Positions 18,658 through 26,403 of a DNA stretch of 32,000 nt are shown here, one piece after another. Within the stretch, counting starts at the first letter, position 1; each line of letters opens with the position of its first letter. The stretch covers positions 510,001-542,000 of the forward strand of contig NC_000964.3 in the NCBI RefSeq assembly GCF_000009045.1, written 5' to 3'. The position numbers were made by a program, and so were the translations under genes. The notes under the pieces were generated by a model. The model did no database searches and had not been told where the DNA came from. It was given only the letters and a program-made list of their open reading frames with translations. The stretch is from Bacillus subtilis subsp. subtilis str. 168 (GTDB lineage Bacteria > Bacillota > Bacilli > Bacillales > Bacillaceae).

Positions 18658-18686
18658 TTGACACTGCAAATCAAGGCTGATATAAT
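18658..18686 (+). promoter_or_regulatory. Sigma-A promoter of the tRNA array
   Basis: TTGACA, 17 nt, TATAAT. Confidence 0.88.
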
Positions 18687-18703
18687 AAGTCTTGTCTCAT
18701 TAT

Positions 18704-18778
18704 TCCACAGTAGCTCAGTGGTAGAGCTATCGGCTGTTAACCGATCGGTCGCAGGTTCGAATCCTGCCTGTGGAGCCA
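18704..18778 (+). tRNA. tRNA-Asn (GTT)
   Basis: TCCACAG acceptor, anticodon loop CTGTTAA, GGTTCGAAT, CTGTGGAGCCA. Confidence 0.96.
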
Positions 18779-18782
18779 TATT

Positions 18783-18873
18783 GGAGAAGTACTCAAGTGG
18801 CTGAAGAGGCGCCCCTGCTAAGGGTGTAGGTCGCGTAAGCGGCGCGAGGGTTCAAATCCCTCCTTCTCCGCCA
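18783..18873 (+). tRNA. tRNA-Ser (GCT), long variable arm
   Basis: GGAGAAG...CTGCTAAG...GGTTCAAATCCCTCCTTCTCCGCCA. Confidence 0.95.
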
Positions 18874-18902
18874 TAAGATTTCGATATAAGTTCTCAACCA
18901 TC

Positions 18903-18974
18903 GGCCCGTTGGTCAAGCGGTTAAGACACCGCCCTTTCACGGCGGTAACACGGGTTCGAATCCCGTACGGGTCA
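18903..18974 (+). tRNA. tRNA-Glu (TTC), CCA not encoded
   Basis: GGCCCGT...CCTTTCACGG...GGTTCGAATCCCGTACGGGTCA. Confidence 0.94.
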
Positions 18975-18985
18975 TTCCATTTCGT

Positions 18986-19060
18986 TGGGCTATAGCCAAG
19001 CGGTAAGGCAACGGACTTTGACTCCGTCATGCGTTGGTTCGAATCCAGCTAGCCCAGCCA
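18986..19060 (+). tRNA. tRNA-Gln (TTG)
   Basis: TGGGCTA...GACTTTGACTC...GGTTCGAATCCAGCTAGCCCAGCCA. Confidence 0.94.
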
Positions 19061-19086
19061 TTTTTATTTTTGAAATCTAATAGTAA

Positions 19087-19162
19087 GAGCCATTAGCTCA
19101 GTTGGTAGAGCATCTGACTTTTAATCAGAGGGTCGAAGGTTCGAGTCCTTCATGGCTCACCA
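19087..19162 (+). tRNA. tRNA-Lys (TTT)
   Basis: GAGCCAT...GACTTTTAATC...GGTTCGAGTCCTTCATGGCTCACCA. Confidence 0.96.
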
Positions 19163-19173
19163 TTTGTCTTTTT

Positions 19174-19255
19174 GCGGGTGTGGCGGAATTGGCAGACGCG
19201 CTAGACTTAGGATCTAGTGTCTTACGACGTGGGGGTTCGAGTCCCTTCACCCGCA
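19174..19255 (+). tRNA. tRNA-Leu (TAG), CCA not encoded
   Basis: GCGGGTG...GACTTAGGATC...GGTTCGAGTCCCTTCACCCGCA. Confidence 0.94.
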
Positions 19256-19334
19256 CTTTATTTACAAAGTGCACGCAAATCTGTTTTACTAGGTTAAGAG
19301 CCTACTAAACCAGCACAACACAATTTAATGATCA

Positions 19335-19418
<84 letters not shown>

Positions 19419-19423
19419 ATCAA

Positions 19424-19458
19424 TGATACCAAGGGTTTTGACACCCTTGGTATTTTTT
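19424..19458 (+). terminator. Terminator after the tRNA array / left end of ICE
   Basis: ATACCAAGGG-ttttgaca-CCCTTGGTAT-TTTTTT. Confidence 0.88.
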
Positions 19459-19504
19459 TGTGTTTATTTTCAAATGATTTACTGCCCACAAACTGCCCAC
19501 TTAC

Positions 19505-20611
19505 CTAAAGTAAGTCATCTAATTTATCAGCCATTTCCTTTTGCTTGTTTGGATATAGGTGTCCATAAACATCAATTGTTGTTTTTACAGAACCATGTCC
19601 TAAACGCTCTTTAATTGTTATGTAATCTTCTCCTTGGTGTATTAATAGTGCAACGTGTGAATGTCTAAAATCATGTAAACGTATAGGAGTAAGATCGCTA
19701 TCCTTGCAAAAGTATTTAATTTTCCGACTGAAAATATCTTTTCTTGAAGGTGTATCTTTATATTGAAAGATATAGGTATCATGTGAATGTCTAATACCTA
19801 ATTCATTAAACAACTCTTCTTGTGCTTCTTTCCAACGTTCTAGTAGCTTAAGCAATTTTTTATTGATGCTAACTCGCCGAATCGAATTTTTAGTTTTTGG
19901 AGTAGTAACAACAAATTGACCATCAAGCCAGGTGCACGATTTATGCACATCTATTTCTAATAAGATTTTGTCAATATCTTTCCATTGCAGGGCGAGCATT
20001 TCACCACATCTTAGTCCAGTTAAAAAAGCAACAGTGTAAAAGGTTTTAAACAATAATTGATCTTGAGGAATTAAACTAATAAATTTTTTGAATTCTTCTG
20101 GTCTCCAAAACTTCATTTTCTTTCTTGTTAAAGGTAATCGTTTAACGTTGTCACACGGATTTCTTTTTAAGATTTCTTCATGTACAGCTGTATCAAAAAT
20201 TTTGCTTAGACTAGTCATTATATTATTAACCGATTTATTGCTTAGACCTGTTTCCATTAAATGTTTTCTGAAATCAGTTATTTCTCTATGTGTGATTTTT
20301 TGTATATCAGATTTCAAAAAGTAATCAGATATATGTTTGTTTATAATGTACTTCTGATTCTGATAATAGTTTGGTTTACTATCTATTTCACAACTTGCTA
20401 AATAAATTGAAATTAGAGTCGGAAAGCTTACTGATCTGGACTTTCTTGCTCTTTCTTCTTGAAATTCTCTTCTTAATTTTGCTTCTAATTCTAAAGCCTC
20501 TTTTCTGGTTGATGCTACTGGTCTCGTCCTAATTCTTTCTCCAGTAATCGGGTCAAATCCAAAGCTAACGTCAACTTGATATTGACCATTTTCAAGTTTT
20601 TTTACAGACAT
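19505..20611 (-). CDS. int: Tyrosine-family integrase
   Basis: 368 aa; catalytic residues in TGLRCGEMLALQWKDID, HDFRHSHVALLI, LGHGSVKTTIDVYGHLY. Confidence 0.96.
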   Translation of the reverse strand: MSVKKLENGQYQVDVSFGFDPITGERIRTRPVASTRKEALELEAKLRREFQEERARKSRSVSFPTLISIYLASCEIDSKPNYYQNQKYIINKHISDYFLKSDIQKITHREITDFRKHLMETGLSNKSVNNIMTSLSKIFDTAVHEEILKRNPCDNVKRLPLTRKKMKFWRPEEFKKFISLIPQDQLLFKTFYTVAFLTGLRCGEMLALQWKDIDKILLEIDVHKSCTWLDGQFVVTTPKTKNSIRRVSINKKLLKLLERWKEAQEELFNELGIRHSHDTYIFQYKDTPSRKDIFSRKIKYFCKDSDLTPIRLHDFRHSHVALLIHQGEDYITIKERLGHGSVKTTIDVYGHLYPNKQKEMADKLDDLL

Positions 20612-20623
20612 TTTATTTCTCCT

Positions 20624-21133
20624 TTAACCAAAAGCGCTTATTTCGTGTGAATAGATTCTGTTACTAAATGAGCCAATTTGAGAAAGTTTATAATCAGTAA
20701 CAAATGATGGTACGTTGAAGTATGCTGCTATTTGTTCTTTGCTAAAACCCTGTATATATGGAAGGGCTTCATTAAGCATTTTATCTGTCAGTATTAATTC
20801 TGATGCAAATAGGCTTGCTTGATGCTCAAGTTTATCTTTTAGAACTTTAGAGCAATTCACAACTTTAAAAGTGTTCAATCTTTTATGGAGAAAGTAATGC
20901 CCTAATTCATGGGCAATTACAAATTGTTGATGTTGGAGGTTCTCGTTGATATGGATTAAATATTGATCTGTGGCTTTGTCATGTTGTAGTAAACCGTTTG
21001 CTTGTCCAAGATCATTTTTGAGTATATAAATTTTTTGGATGTCACAAATTTCATAGACATTATTTGTACCATGTGTCTTAATTACTGATTGCACTTTATG
21101 TTTAATTCCTTTGCTTGTATAAATTGTTATCAC
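20624..21133 (-). CDS. immA: ImmA anti-repressor metalloprotease
   Basis: 169 aa with HELGHYF zinc motif (FVIAHELGHYFLHKRL), adjacent to immR. Confidence 0.95.
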   Translation of the reverse strand: MITIYTSKGIKHKVQSVIKTHGTNNVYEICDIQKIYILKNDLGQANGLLQHDKATDQYLIHINENLQHQQFVIAHELGHYFLHKRLNTFKVVNCSKVLKDKLEHQASLFASELILTDKMLNEALPYIQGFSKEQIAAYFNVPSFVTDYKLSQIGSFSNRIYSHEISAFG

Positions 21134-21513
21134 TCTTTCTTCTTTAATTCGTCAATGAATTTAATTCCGTTTTTTAATGCTTTTTTAACAAGGCGTGCAG
21201 TTTCCTCATCAAATTCACCATCATTCATAAAAAGGAGTGTATCTTCATCCTTTAATTCCTGTATGGCTTCATTAATTGTTTTATTGAGTAAATCAGTTTC
21301 GTTTTTCTTGCTTACTTCATCCTTTCCTAATAAATAGTCTGTAGATACGTTATATAAGTTGCTCAATTTTAAGAGTGTGTCTGTATCAGGATCTCTGTAA
21401 TCTCTTTCGTAATTAGACAAGTTATTGTTACCGATATTAAGTTTCTCTGCGGCTTCTTTCTGAGTGTACCCAGCTTTTTGTCGAGCTTCTTTTAATCGTT
21501 TGCCTAGGCTCAT
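21130..21513 (-). CDS. immR: ImmR immunity repressor (Xre/Cro-type HTH)
   Basis: 127 aa from ATG at 21513; KRLKEARQKAGYTQKEAAEKLNIGNNNLSNYERDYRDPDTDTLLKLSNLYNVSTDYLLG. Confidence 0.95.
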   Translation of the reverse strand: MSLGKRLKEARQKAGYTQKEAAEKLNIGNNNLSNYERDYRDPDTDTLLKLSNLYNVSTDYLLGKDEVSKKNETDLLNKTINEAIQELKDEDTLLFMNDGEFDEETARLVKKALKNGIKFIDELKKKE

Positions 21514-21526
21514 TTTTATCATCCAT

Positions 21527-21541
21527 TTCACAAAGAGTTGA
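21527..21541. repeat. 15-bp direct repeat copy 1 (upstream of immR start)
   Basis: TTCACAAAGAGTTGA, identical to 21752-21766. Confidence 0.9.
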
Positions 21542-21714
21542 TTTTTATAAAAATAATAACAACATTTTTTGGAGAATTCATTAATTTCACCTATAAGTTA
21601 AATAAATAATTCTAAATTCTCCTTTTAGGAGTGTTTGTTTCTTCTTTATGGAGAGTTTAATTATCAATATTTCCATATATGTTCAAAAAAATACACTTTA
21701 AGGTGAATTTTGTG

Positions 21715-21743
21715 TTGACTTACACGAAAAGGAGTTTTATAAT
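21715..21743 (+). promoter_or_regulatory. Pxis promoter
   Basis: TTGACT, 17 nt, TATAAT upstream of xis; divergent from immR. Confidence 0.88.
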
Positions 21744-21751
21744 AAAGTTAA

Positions 21752-21766
21752 TTCACAAAGAGTTGA
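21752..21766. repeat. 15-bp direct repeat copy 2 (xis leader)
   Basis: TTCACAAAGAGTTGA. Confidence 0.9.
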
Positions 21767-21786
21767 GTTAACGAGGAGGTGATATT

Positions 21787-21981
21787 TTGAAAGGAGAGTT
21801 TTTAACTGCGAGAGATATTCAAAAAATTCTTGGAGTTAAACAGGCTAAATCTTATGACATCATTAGAACTTTGAATGCTCAAATGAAAGAAGAAGGATAT
21901 ATGGTCATTCAAGGTAAGGTGAGTAGAGCTAAGTTTGAAGAGTGTTATTGTTACAAAGGCCCAAAATCTCAAACGGGGTGA
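21787..21981 (+). CDS. xis: Excisionase (MerR/AlpA-like small wHTH)
   Basis: 64 aa; FLTARDIQKILGVKQAKSYDIIRTLNAQMKEEGY; TTG start after GAGGAGGTG. Confidence 0.92.
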   Translation: MKGEFLTARDIQKILGVKQAKSYDIIRTLNAQMKEEGYMVIQGKVSRAKFEECYCYKGPKSQTG

Positions 21982-22238
21982 TTTTTATAAACATTGATAT
22001 AACAAACTCGTTTATGAAAGAAGCTGTCCCTTTAGCTAGACAAATGGAAGGTGATTGGATAGCACGAATGAAAATTGCTCTGAATTCAGTCATTATAAAT
22101 CATTATTTAAACCTTCCCTTAACAATTGAAAATGTTAATGAATTACTGCGAAAAGGCGTTTCATATCGCAGGATATGTAAGCATTACGGCATTGGAAGAA
22201 AAGACATTGAAAAGCTTCGGCAATCATCCGTAGTGTGA
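21978..22238 (+). CDS. ydzL: Small ICEBs1 protein YdzL with C-terminal helix-turn-helix-like segment
   Basis: GTG at 21978 overlapping xis stop gives 86 aa; LLRKGVSYRRICKHYGIGRKDIEKLRQ resembles an HTH. Confidence 0.8.
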   Translation: MIFINIDITNSFMKEAVPLARQMEGDWIARMKIALNSVIINHYLNLPLTIENVNELLRKGVSYRRICKHYGIGRKDIEKLRQSSVV

Positions 22239-22291
22239 CGTTATATACCACTATAGGGAGCCGTTAAGAATCCTTTGAAAGGAGGGATGCG

Positions 22292-22552
22292 ATGAAAATA
22301 AGAGTGAATGCAACAATCATTACTGATGTTGAAGCTTTAAAGGCTGATAAGGATTTGAATCATTTTAAAGACTATGCCACTTGTGAAACATTCGTTGTTG
22401 ATGCTGATAATCATTTGAAGGCTAATGAAGAAATATCTGAGTTGTTAAAAGGCTGGGATTGGTGGTGTATCTGGTCAACTCGTCCATTGAGTAAAAAGGA
22501 TAACCAAGTGTTTACTTTGTATAACGATGATTTGTATAACTTATGTCGATAG
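22292..22552 (+). CDS. ydcO: Conserved ICE protein of unknown function
   Basis: 86 aa; strong RBS GAAAGGAGGG before ATG. Confidence 0.85.
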   Translation: MKIRVNATIITDVEALKADKDLNHFKDYATCETFVVDADNHLKANEEISELLKGWDWWCIWSTRPLSKKDNQVFTLYNDDLYNLCR

Positions 22553-22560
22553 GAGTGTTT

Positions 22561-22915
22561 GTTCCTTGAAAACTACATATAGACAAAAAAAGCGCCTTGA
22601 CGAATGATCATCAAGAACGCCGGAAAATAAAAACTAGACACTTTTATTATACGGTATTCTTGTTGAAATGTCATGCGTGAGTATTTGAGTGATGAACAGC
22701 AATCACTTTAAATGCTGTAGCAGGCTAGAATAAGCGTGCGGAATAGCTGTAGTCAGCTTGATGGCTATAATTAGCCTACTAGGTTGCCATGAGGGCGTAA
22801 AGCCGTTAGCAACTGATAAGCGCCAAGATGGATACAGAACCGGAGCGAATCAAAAACATAAAATCGAAATTAATGTTCTTTTGTAAATAAATTATAAAAA
22901 AATGAAATGGGGATA
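22561..22915 (+). other. Non-coding, highly structured leader-like region upstream of helP
   Basis: No ORF in the supplied track; series of inverted repeats (CTTGA/TCAAG, AGTGAT/ATCACT, ACAGCA/TGCTGT, GGCTA/TAGCC, AGCTG/CAGCT, GTTGC/GCAAC, GGC/GCC). Confidence 0.6.
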
Positions 22916-22921
22916 TGAAAA

Positions 22922-23302
22922 ATGAACTTAAACTTTATTGTACCGGATATCAATATGACTTTTGGAGACATGAAATTCATGGGACTTAACAGAGAAAGGT
23001 ATGTTTATGATCGTGAAAATAATAAGCGTACTGACGTACTGGAATCTAGGATTTATAACATTGCTAGTGCTGTCCAAGGTGGTCAAATTGAAGTAACTAT
23101 TCCTGAGTATGCTGGGGCAAAAGAAATTCCTCCTTTTGCAGATATTGAGTTGAAAAATCCAAAAATTAGCGCTATGGCGACTAGTCAAAGGGATTCGACG
23201 TATGCCAATGTGATGTGGAAACTTGAAGCTGATGATATTGTTGTTAAAGGTGGCTCTTCTGTGAAACCTGCCGCGGCAACTGGCGGGAATGAAAAGAAAT
23301 AA
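22922..23302 (+). CDS. helP: Helicase processivity factor HelP (DUF961 family)
   Basis: 126 aa; [19 protein letters not shown]...[10 protein letters not shown]-type sequence in canonical position upstream of conQ. Confidence 0.93.
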
Positions 23303-23337
23303 CATGATGCTCTCATATCGGCAGGCGGGTGATGTAT

Positions 23338-24780
23338 ATGAGTGATTTCTTAAACAAAAGATTTTGGAAATACAGGGGCAAACGAATCCGCCCGTACATG
23401 AGAAACAACGTAAAGTTAGCAGGCGCAATCATCTTTGTGCCTGTTTTTTTATTGTCTATGTTCCTTTTTTGGAGAGAACAACTCATTCATTTTGATCTAT
23501 CTCAAGTGATAAAAAATTTTGAATGGAATGTGCCTTTAATCATTAAAAGCGTTTTATGCTCTGTGCTAATTGCTGTTGGAAGCATAGTTGCATCTTACTT
23601 TCTTTTGTTTGACAGCTATAAGAAAATCCTTCACAGGCAAAAGATTGCTAAAATGATTTTCTCTAACAAGTTTTACGAAAAAGAAAACGTGAAAGTAAGA
23701 AAAATCTTTTCAAATGAAACTGACTCAAAGGAAAAGATCACATACTTTCCTAGAATGTATTACCAGGTCAAAAACAACCACATCTATATTCGTATTGCTA
23801 TGGACATGAGCCGTTTTCAGAATCGCTTCCTAGACTTAGGAAAGGATTTGGAAAACGGCTTATTTTGTGACTTGGTTGATAAACAAATGGAAGAAGGTTT
23901 TGTATGCTTTAAGCTTCTTTACGATGTCAAAAAGAATCGTATTTCCATTGATGATGCAGTAGCTGAGAATGGAGTCCTTCCGTTAATGAAGCATATCTCA
24001 TGGCAATTTGATAAGTTGCCGCACATGCTTATTGCTGGTGGTACAGGTGGAGGGAAAACATACTTCATGCTAACGATCATTAAGGCATGTGTTGGACTGG
24101 GGGCAGATGTAAGAATACTAGACCCTAAAAATGCAGATTTAGCAGACTTGGAAGAAGTACTTCCGAAAAAGGTCTATTCCCAAAAGAACGGTATTCTTAT
24201 GTGCCTGAGAAAGTCTGTAGATGGCATGATGGAACGAATGGATGAAATGAAGCAAATGTCTAACTATAAGACAGGTGAAAACTATGCTTATTTAGGCTTA
24301 AAACCTGTTTTTATCTTCTTTGATGAATATGTGGCATTTATGGATTTGTTAGATATGAAAGAAAGAAACGAAGCCCTTTCTTACATGAAACAGTTGGTCA
24401 TGTTGGGGAGACAGGCGGGGTATTTTCTCGTTTTAGGCGCACAACGTCCAGATGCAAAATATTTAGCTGACGGTATTCGTGATCAGTTTAGCTTTCGTGT
24501 TTCATTGGGTTTAATGTCCGATACGGGTTACGGAATGATGTTTGGCGATGTTGAAAAAGCATATGTGAATAAAAAGGAGACAGGGCGAGGATATGCCAAT
24601 GTGGGCACAGGTTCAGTGTTGGAGTTTTACAGCCCTATCGTGCCGAAAGGATATGATTTTATGTCATCTATTAAAAATGCGCTGGTTGGAGTCGAGGGAG
24701 CGCAGGCGACGGCAGTCGCCAGCGGCAGCGTAAGCGACCAGACGGCCAGCGGCGAAGGAGTGAGCGAAGCGAATGGATGA
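23338..24780 (+). CDS. conQ: Coupling protein ConQ (FtsK/SpoIIIE-like ATPase)
   Basis: 480 aa; Walker A AGGTGGGKTYF, Walker B PVFIFFDEYVAF, 2 N-terminal TM segments. Confidence 0.95.
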   Translation: MSDFLNKRFWKYRGKRIRPYMRNNVKLAGAIIFVPVFLLSMFLFWREQLIHFDLSQVIKNFEWNVPLIIKSVLCSVLIAVGSIVASYFLLFDSYKKILHRQKIAKMIFSNKFYEKENVKVRKIFSNETDSKEKITYFPRMYYQVKNNHIYIRIAMDMSRFQNRFLDLGKDLENGLFCDLVDKQMEEGFVCFKLLYDVKKNRISIDDAVAENGVLPLMKHISWQFDKLPHMLIAGGTGGGKTYFMLTIIKACVGLGADVRILDPKNADLADLEEVLPKKVYSQKNGILMCLRKSVDGMMERMDEMKQMSNYKTGENYAYLGLKPVFIFFDEYVAFMDLLDMKERNEALSYMKQLVMLGRQAGYFLVLGAQRPDAKYLADGIRDQFSFRVSLGLMSDTGYGMMFGDVEKAYVNKKETGRGYANVGTGSVLEFYSPIVPKGYDFMSSIKNALVGVEGAQATAVASGSVSDQTASGEGVSEANG

Positions 24781-25831
24781 GCTAAAACAACCCCCCCACG
24801 CTAACAGGGGGGTAGTAATCGTAAAAGAAAAAAATGAAGCCGTTGAAAGTCCTTTGGTATCAATGGTTGACTATATTCGAGTCTCTTTTAAAACTCATGA
24901 TGTTGACAGAATTATTGAAGAGGTTCTTCACCTTAGCAAAGACTTTATGACTGAGAAACAATCTGGTTTCTATGGCTACGTTGGCACGTATGAACTGGAC
25001 TATATCAAAGTCTTTTATTCTGCGCCGGATGACAACAGAGGTGTTTTGATAGAAATGTCCGGTCAAGGTTGCCGTCAATTTGAATCCTTCTTGGAATGCC
25101 GGAAGAAAACATGGTACGACTTCTTTCAAGATTGCATGCAACAAGGCGGTTCGTTCACTCGCTTTGATTTAGCTATTGATGATAAAAAGACATACTTTTC
25201 TATACCAGAACTGTTAAAGAAAGCCCAAAAGGGCGAATGTATTTCACGATTTAGAAAATCTGATTTCAATGGCTCCTTTGATCTATCTGATGGCATTACA
25301 GGCGGGACGACAATATATTTCGGTTCTAAAAAGTCAGAAGCGTACCTTTGCTTTTATGAGAAAAACTATGAACAAGCAGAAAAGTATAACATTCCGTTAG
25401 AAGAACTAGGCGATTGGAATCGTTATGAATTGCGGCTTAAAAATGAACGTGCACAAGTGGCGATAGATGCTTTATTGAAAACAAAGGATTTAACCTTAAT
25501 CGCTATGCAGATCATTAATAACTATGTAAGGTTCGTTGATGCTGATGAAAACATCACTAGAGAGCATTGGAAAACGAGCCTTTTTTGGTCTGATTTTATA
25601 GGCGATGTTGGGAGACTTCCTTTGTACGTCAAACCACAAAAAGACTTCTATCAGAAATCAAGAAACTGGCTTCGTAACTCTTGTGCTCCCACTATGAAAA
25701 TGGTGCTTGAAGCTGATGAACATTTAGGGAAAACCGATCTGTCAGATATGATTGCAGAAGCTGAACTGGCTGACAAACATAAAAAAATGTTAGATGTGTA
25801 TATGGCTGATGTTGCTGACATGGTCGTTTAA
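24773..25831 (+). CDS. nicK: NicK relaxase (Rep_trans family)
   Basis: 352 aa; VDYIRVSFKTHDVDRIIEE, SRFRKSDFNGSFDLSDGITGGTTIYFGSKKSEAYLCFYEKNYEQ; overlaps conQ 3' end. Confidence 0.95.
   Translation: MDELKQPPHANRGVVIVKEKNEAVESPLVSMVDYIRVSFKTHDVDRIIEEVLHLSKDFMTEKQSGFYGYVGTYELDYIKVFYSAPDDNRGVLIEMSGQGCRQFESFLECRKKTWYDFFQDCMQQGGSFTRFDLAIDDKKTYFSIPELLKKAQKGECISRFRKSDFNGSFDLSDGITGGTTIYFGSKKSEAYLCFYEKNYEQAEKYNIPLEELGDWNRYELRLKNERAQVAIDALLKTKDLTLIAMQIINNYVRFVDADENITREHWKTSLFWSDFIGDVGRLPLYVKPQKDFYQKSRNWLRNSCAPTMKMVLEADEHLGKTDLSDMIAEAELADKHKKMLDVYMADVADMVV
24790..24813. other. oriT: oriT palindrome (NicK nicking site region)
   Basis: ACCCCCCCACGCTAACAGGGGGGT, the 24-bp inverted repeat described for ICEBs1 oriT. 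Confidence 0.93.
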
Positions 25832-25854
25832 AACCAAGCTGCTAAACCTTAATA

Positions 25855-26090
25855 AACACAGGTGATGCGATTAAACGTATGTGTCAACGGTACCGGAACG
25901 AAGTGAGGATAAGGAGTTGACATATTCAGCGCTACCCAAACCCTCTTGGCATTGAACAAACAACCGTTTGTTCCTGCCTACCGGCGAGGGAGTCCCCCGA
26001 TGATTCGGGGGAATAGGGGGATAGATTAACAGCAATCCAACGAGCTACCGTTGGTGGGTTTGGGTGAAACCCAAGAACTAACTTGGAGGG
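25855..26090. other. Single-strand-origin-like structured region (sso1 candidate)
   Basis: Hairpins GAACAAAC/GTTTGTTC (25954-25973) and CCCCCGA/TCGGGGG (25994-26011), plus long-range arms ACCCAAACCC (25934-25943)/GGGTTTGGGT (26056-26065) and CAACGGTA (25885-25892)/TACCGTTG (26046-26053). Confidence 0.75.
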
Positions 26091-26095
26091 ATAAG

Positions 26096-26365
26096 ATGCA
26101 TAATGTCAATCTGTTGAATCAGGCTGGACTGGAAAATGCTTTGGAATCAGTTGGCTGTTTAGATATTGTAGAAGATTTAATAGAAAAGATGCAGGAATAT
26201 GTTTTGTATCATACCGAAACTGCCGAAAGATTTGCGATTGATATCTTTACAGTAGTAAACAACTACACTAAAAAGGTTCATGCGATATTTAATGTTCTTG
26301 AAAATGAAGACGGTGAGACAAATGTTAAAAATGTAGAATTTGAAGTAATGCATTTTACGGAGTAA
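26096..26365 (+). CDS. ydcS: Small ICEBs1 protein YdcS
   Basis: ATG at 26096 after TTGGAGGG; 89 aa; paralogous to YdcT. Confidence 0.82.
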   Translation: MHNVNLLNQAGLENALESVGCLDIVEDLIEKMQEYVLYHTETAERFAIDIFTVVNNYTKKVHAIFNVLENEDGETNVKNVEFEVMHFTE

Positions 26366-26403
26366 GGACAATTTTCCTTATGACTTTAAAGGGGGAACAT
26401 CAG

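Noticed and set aside
18818-19030. Minus-strand 70-aa ORF across tRNA genes
   Set aside because: Translated tRNA sequence (the RTGPYGIR/KEGFEPS-type motifs are a well-known artefact of translating tRNA genes).
19102-19308. Plus-strand 68-aa ORF across tRNA-Lys/Leu
   Set aside because: Translated tRNAs (MVEHLTFNQRVEGSSPS, GVAELADALDLGSS artefact motifs).
22928-23428. 166-aa minus-strand ORF antisense to helP/conQ
   Set aside because: Wholly opposite well-established ICE genes in a unidirectional operon, no RBS, atypical composition.
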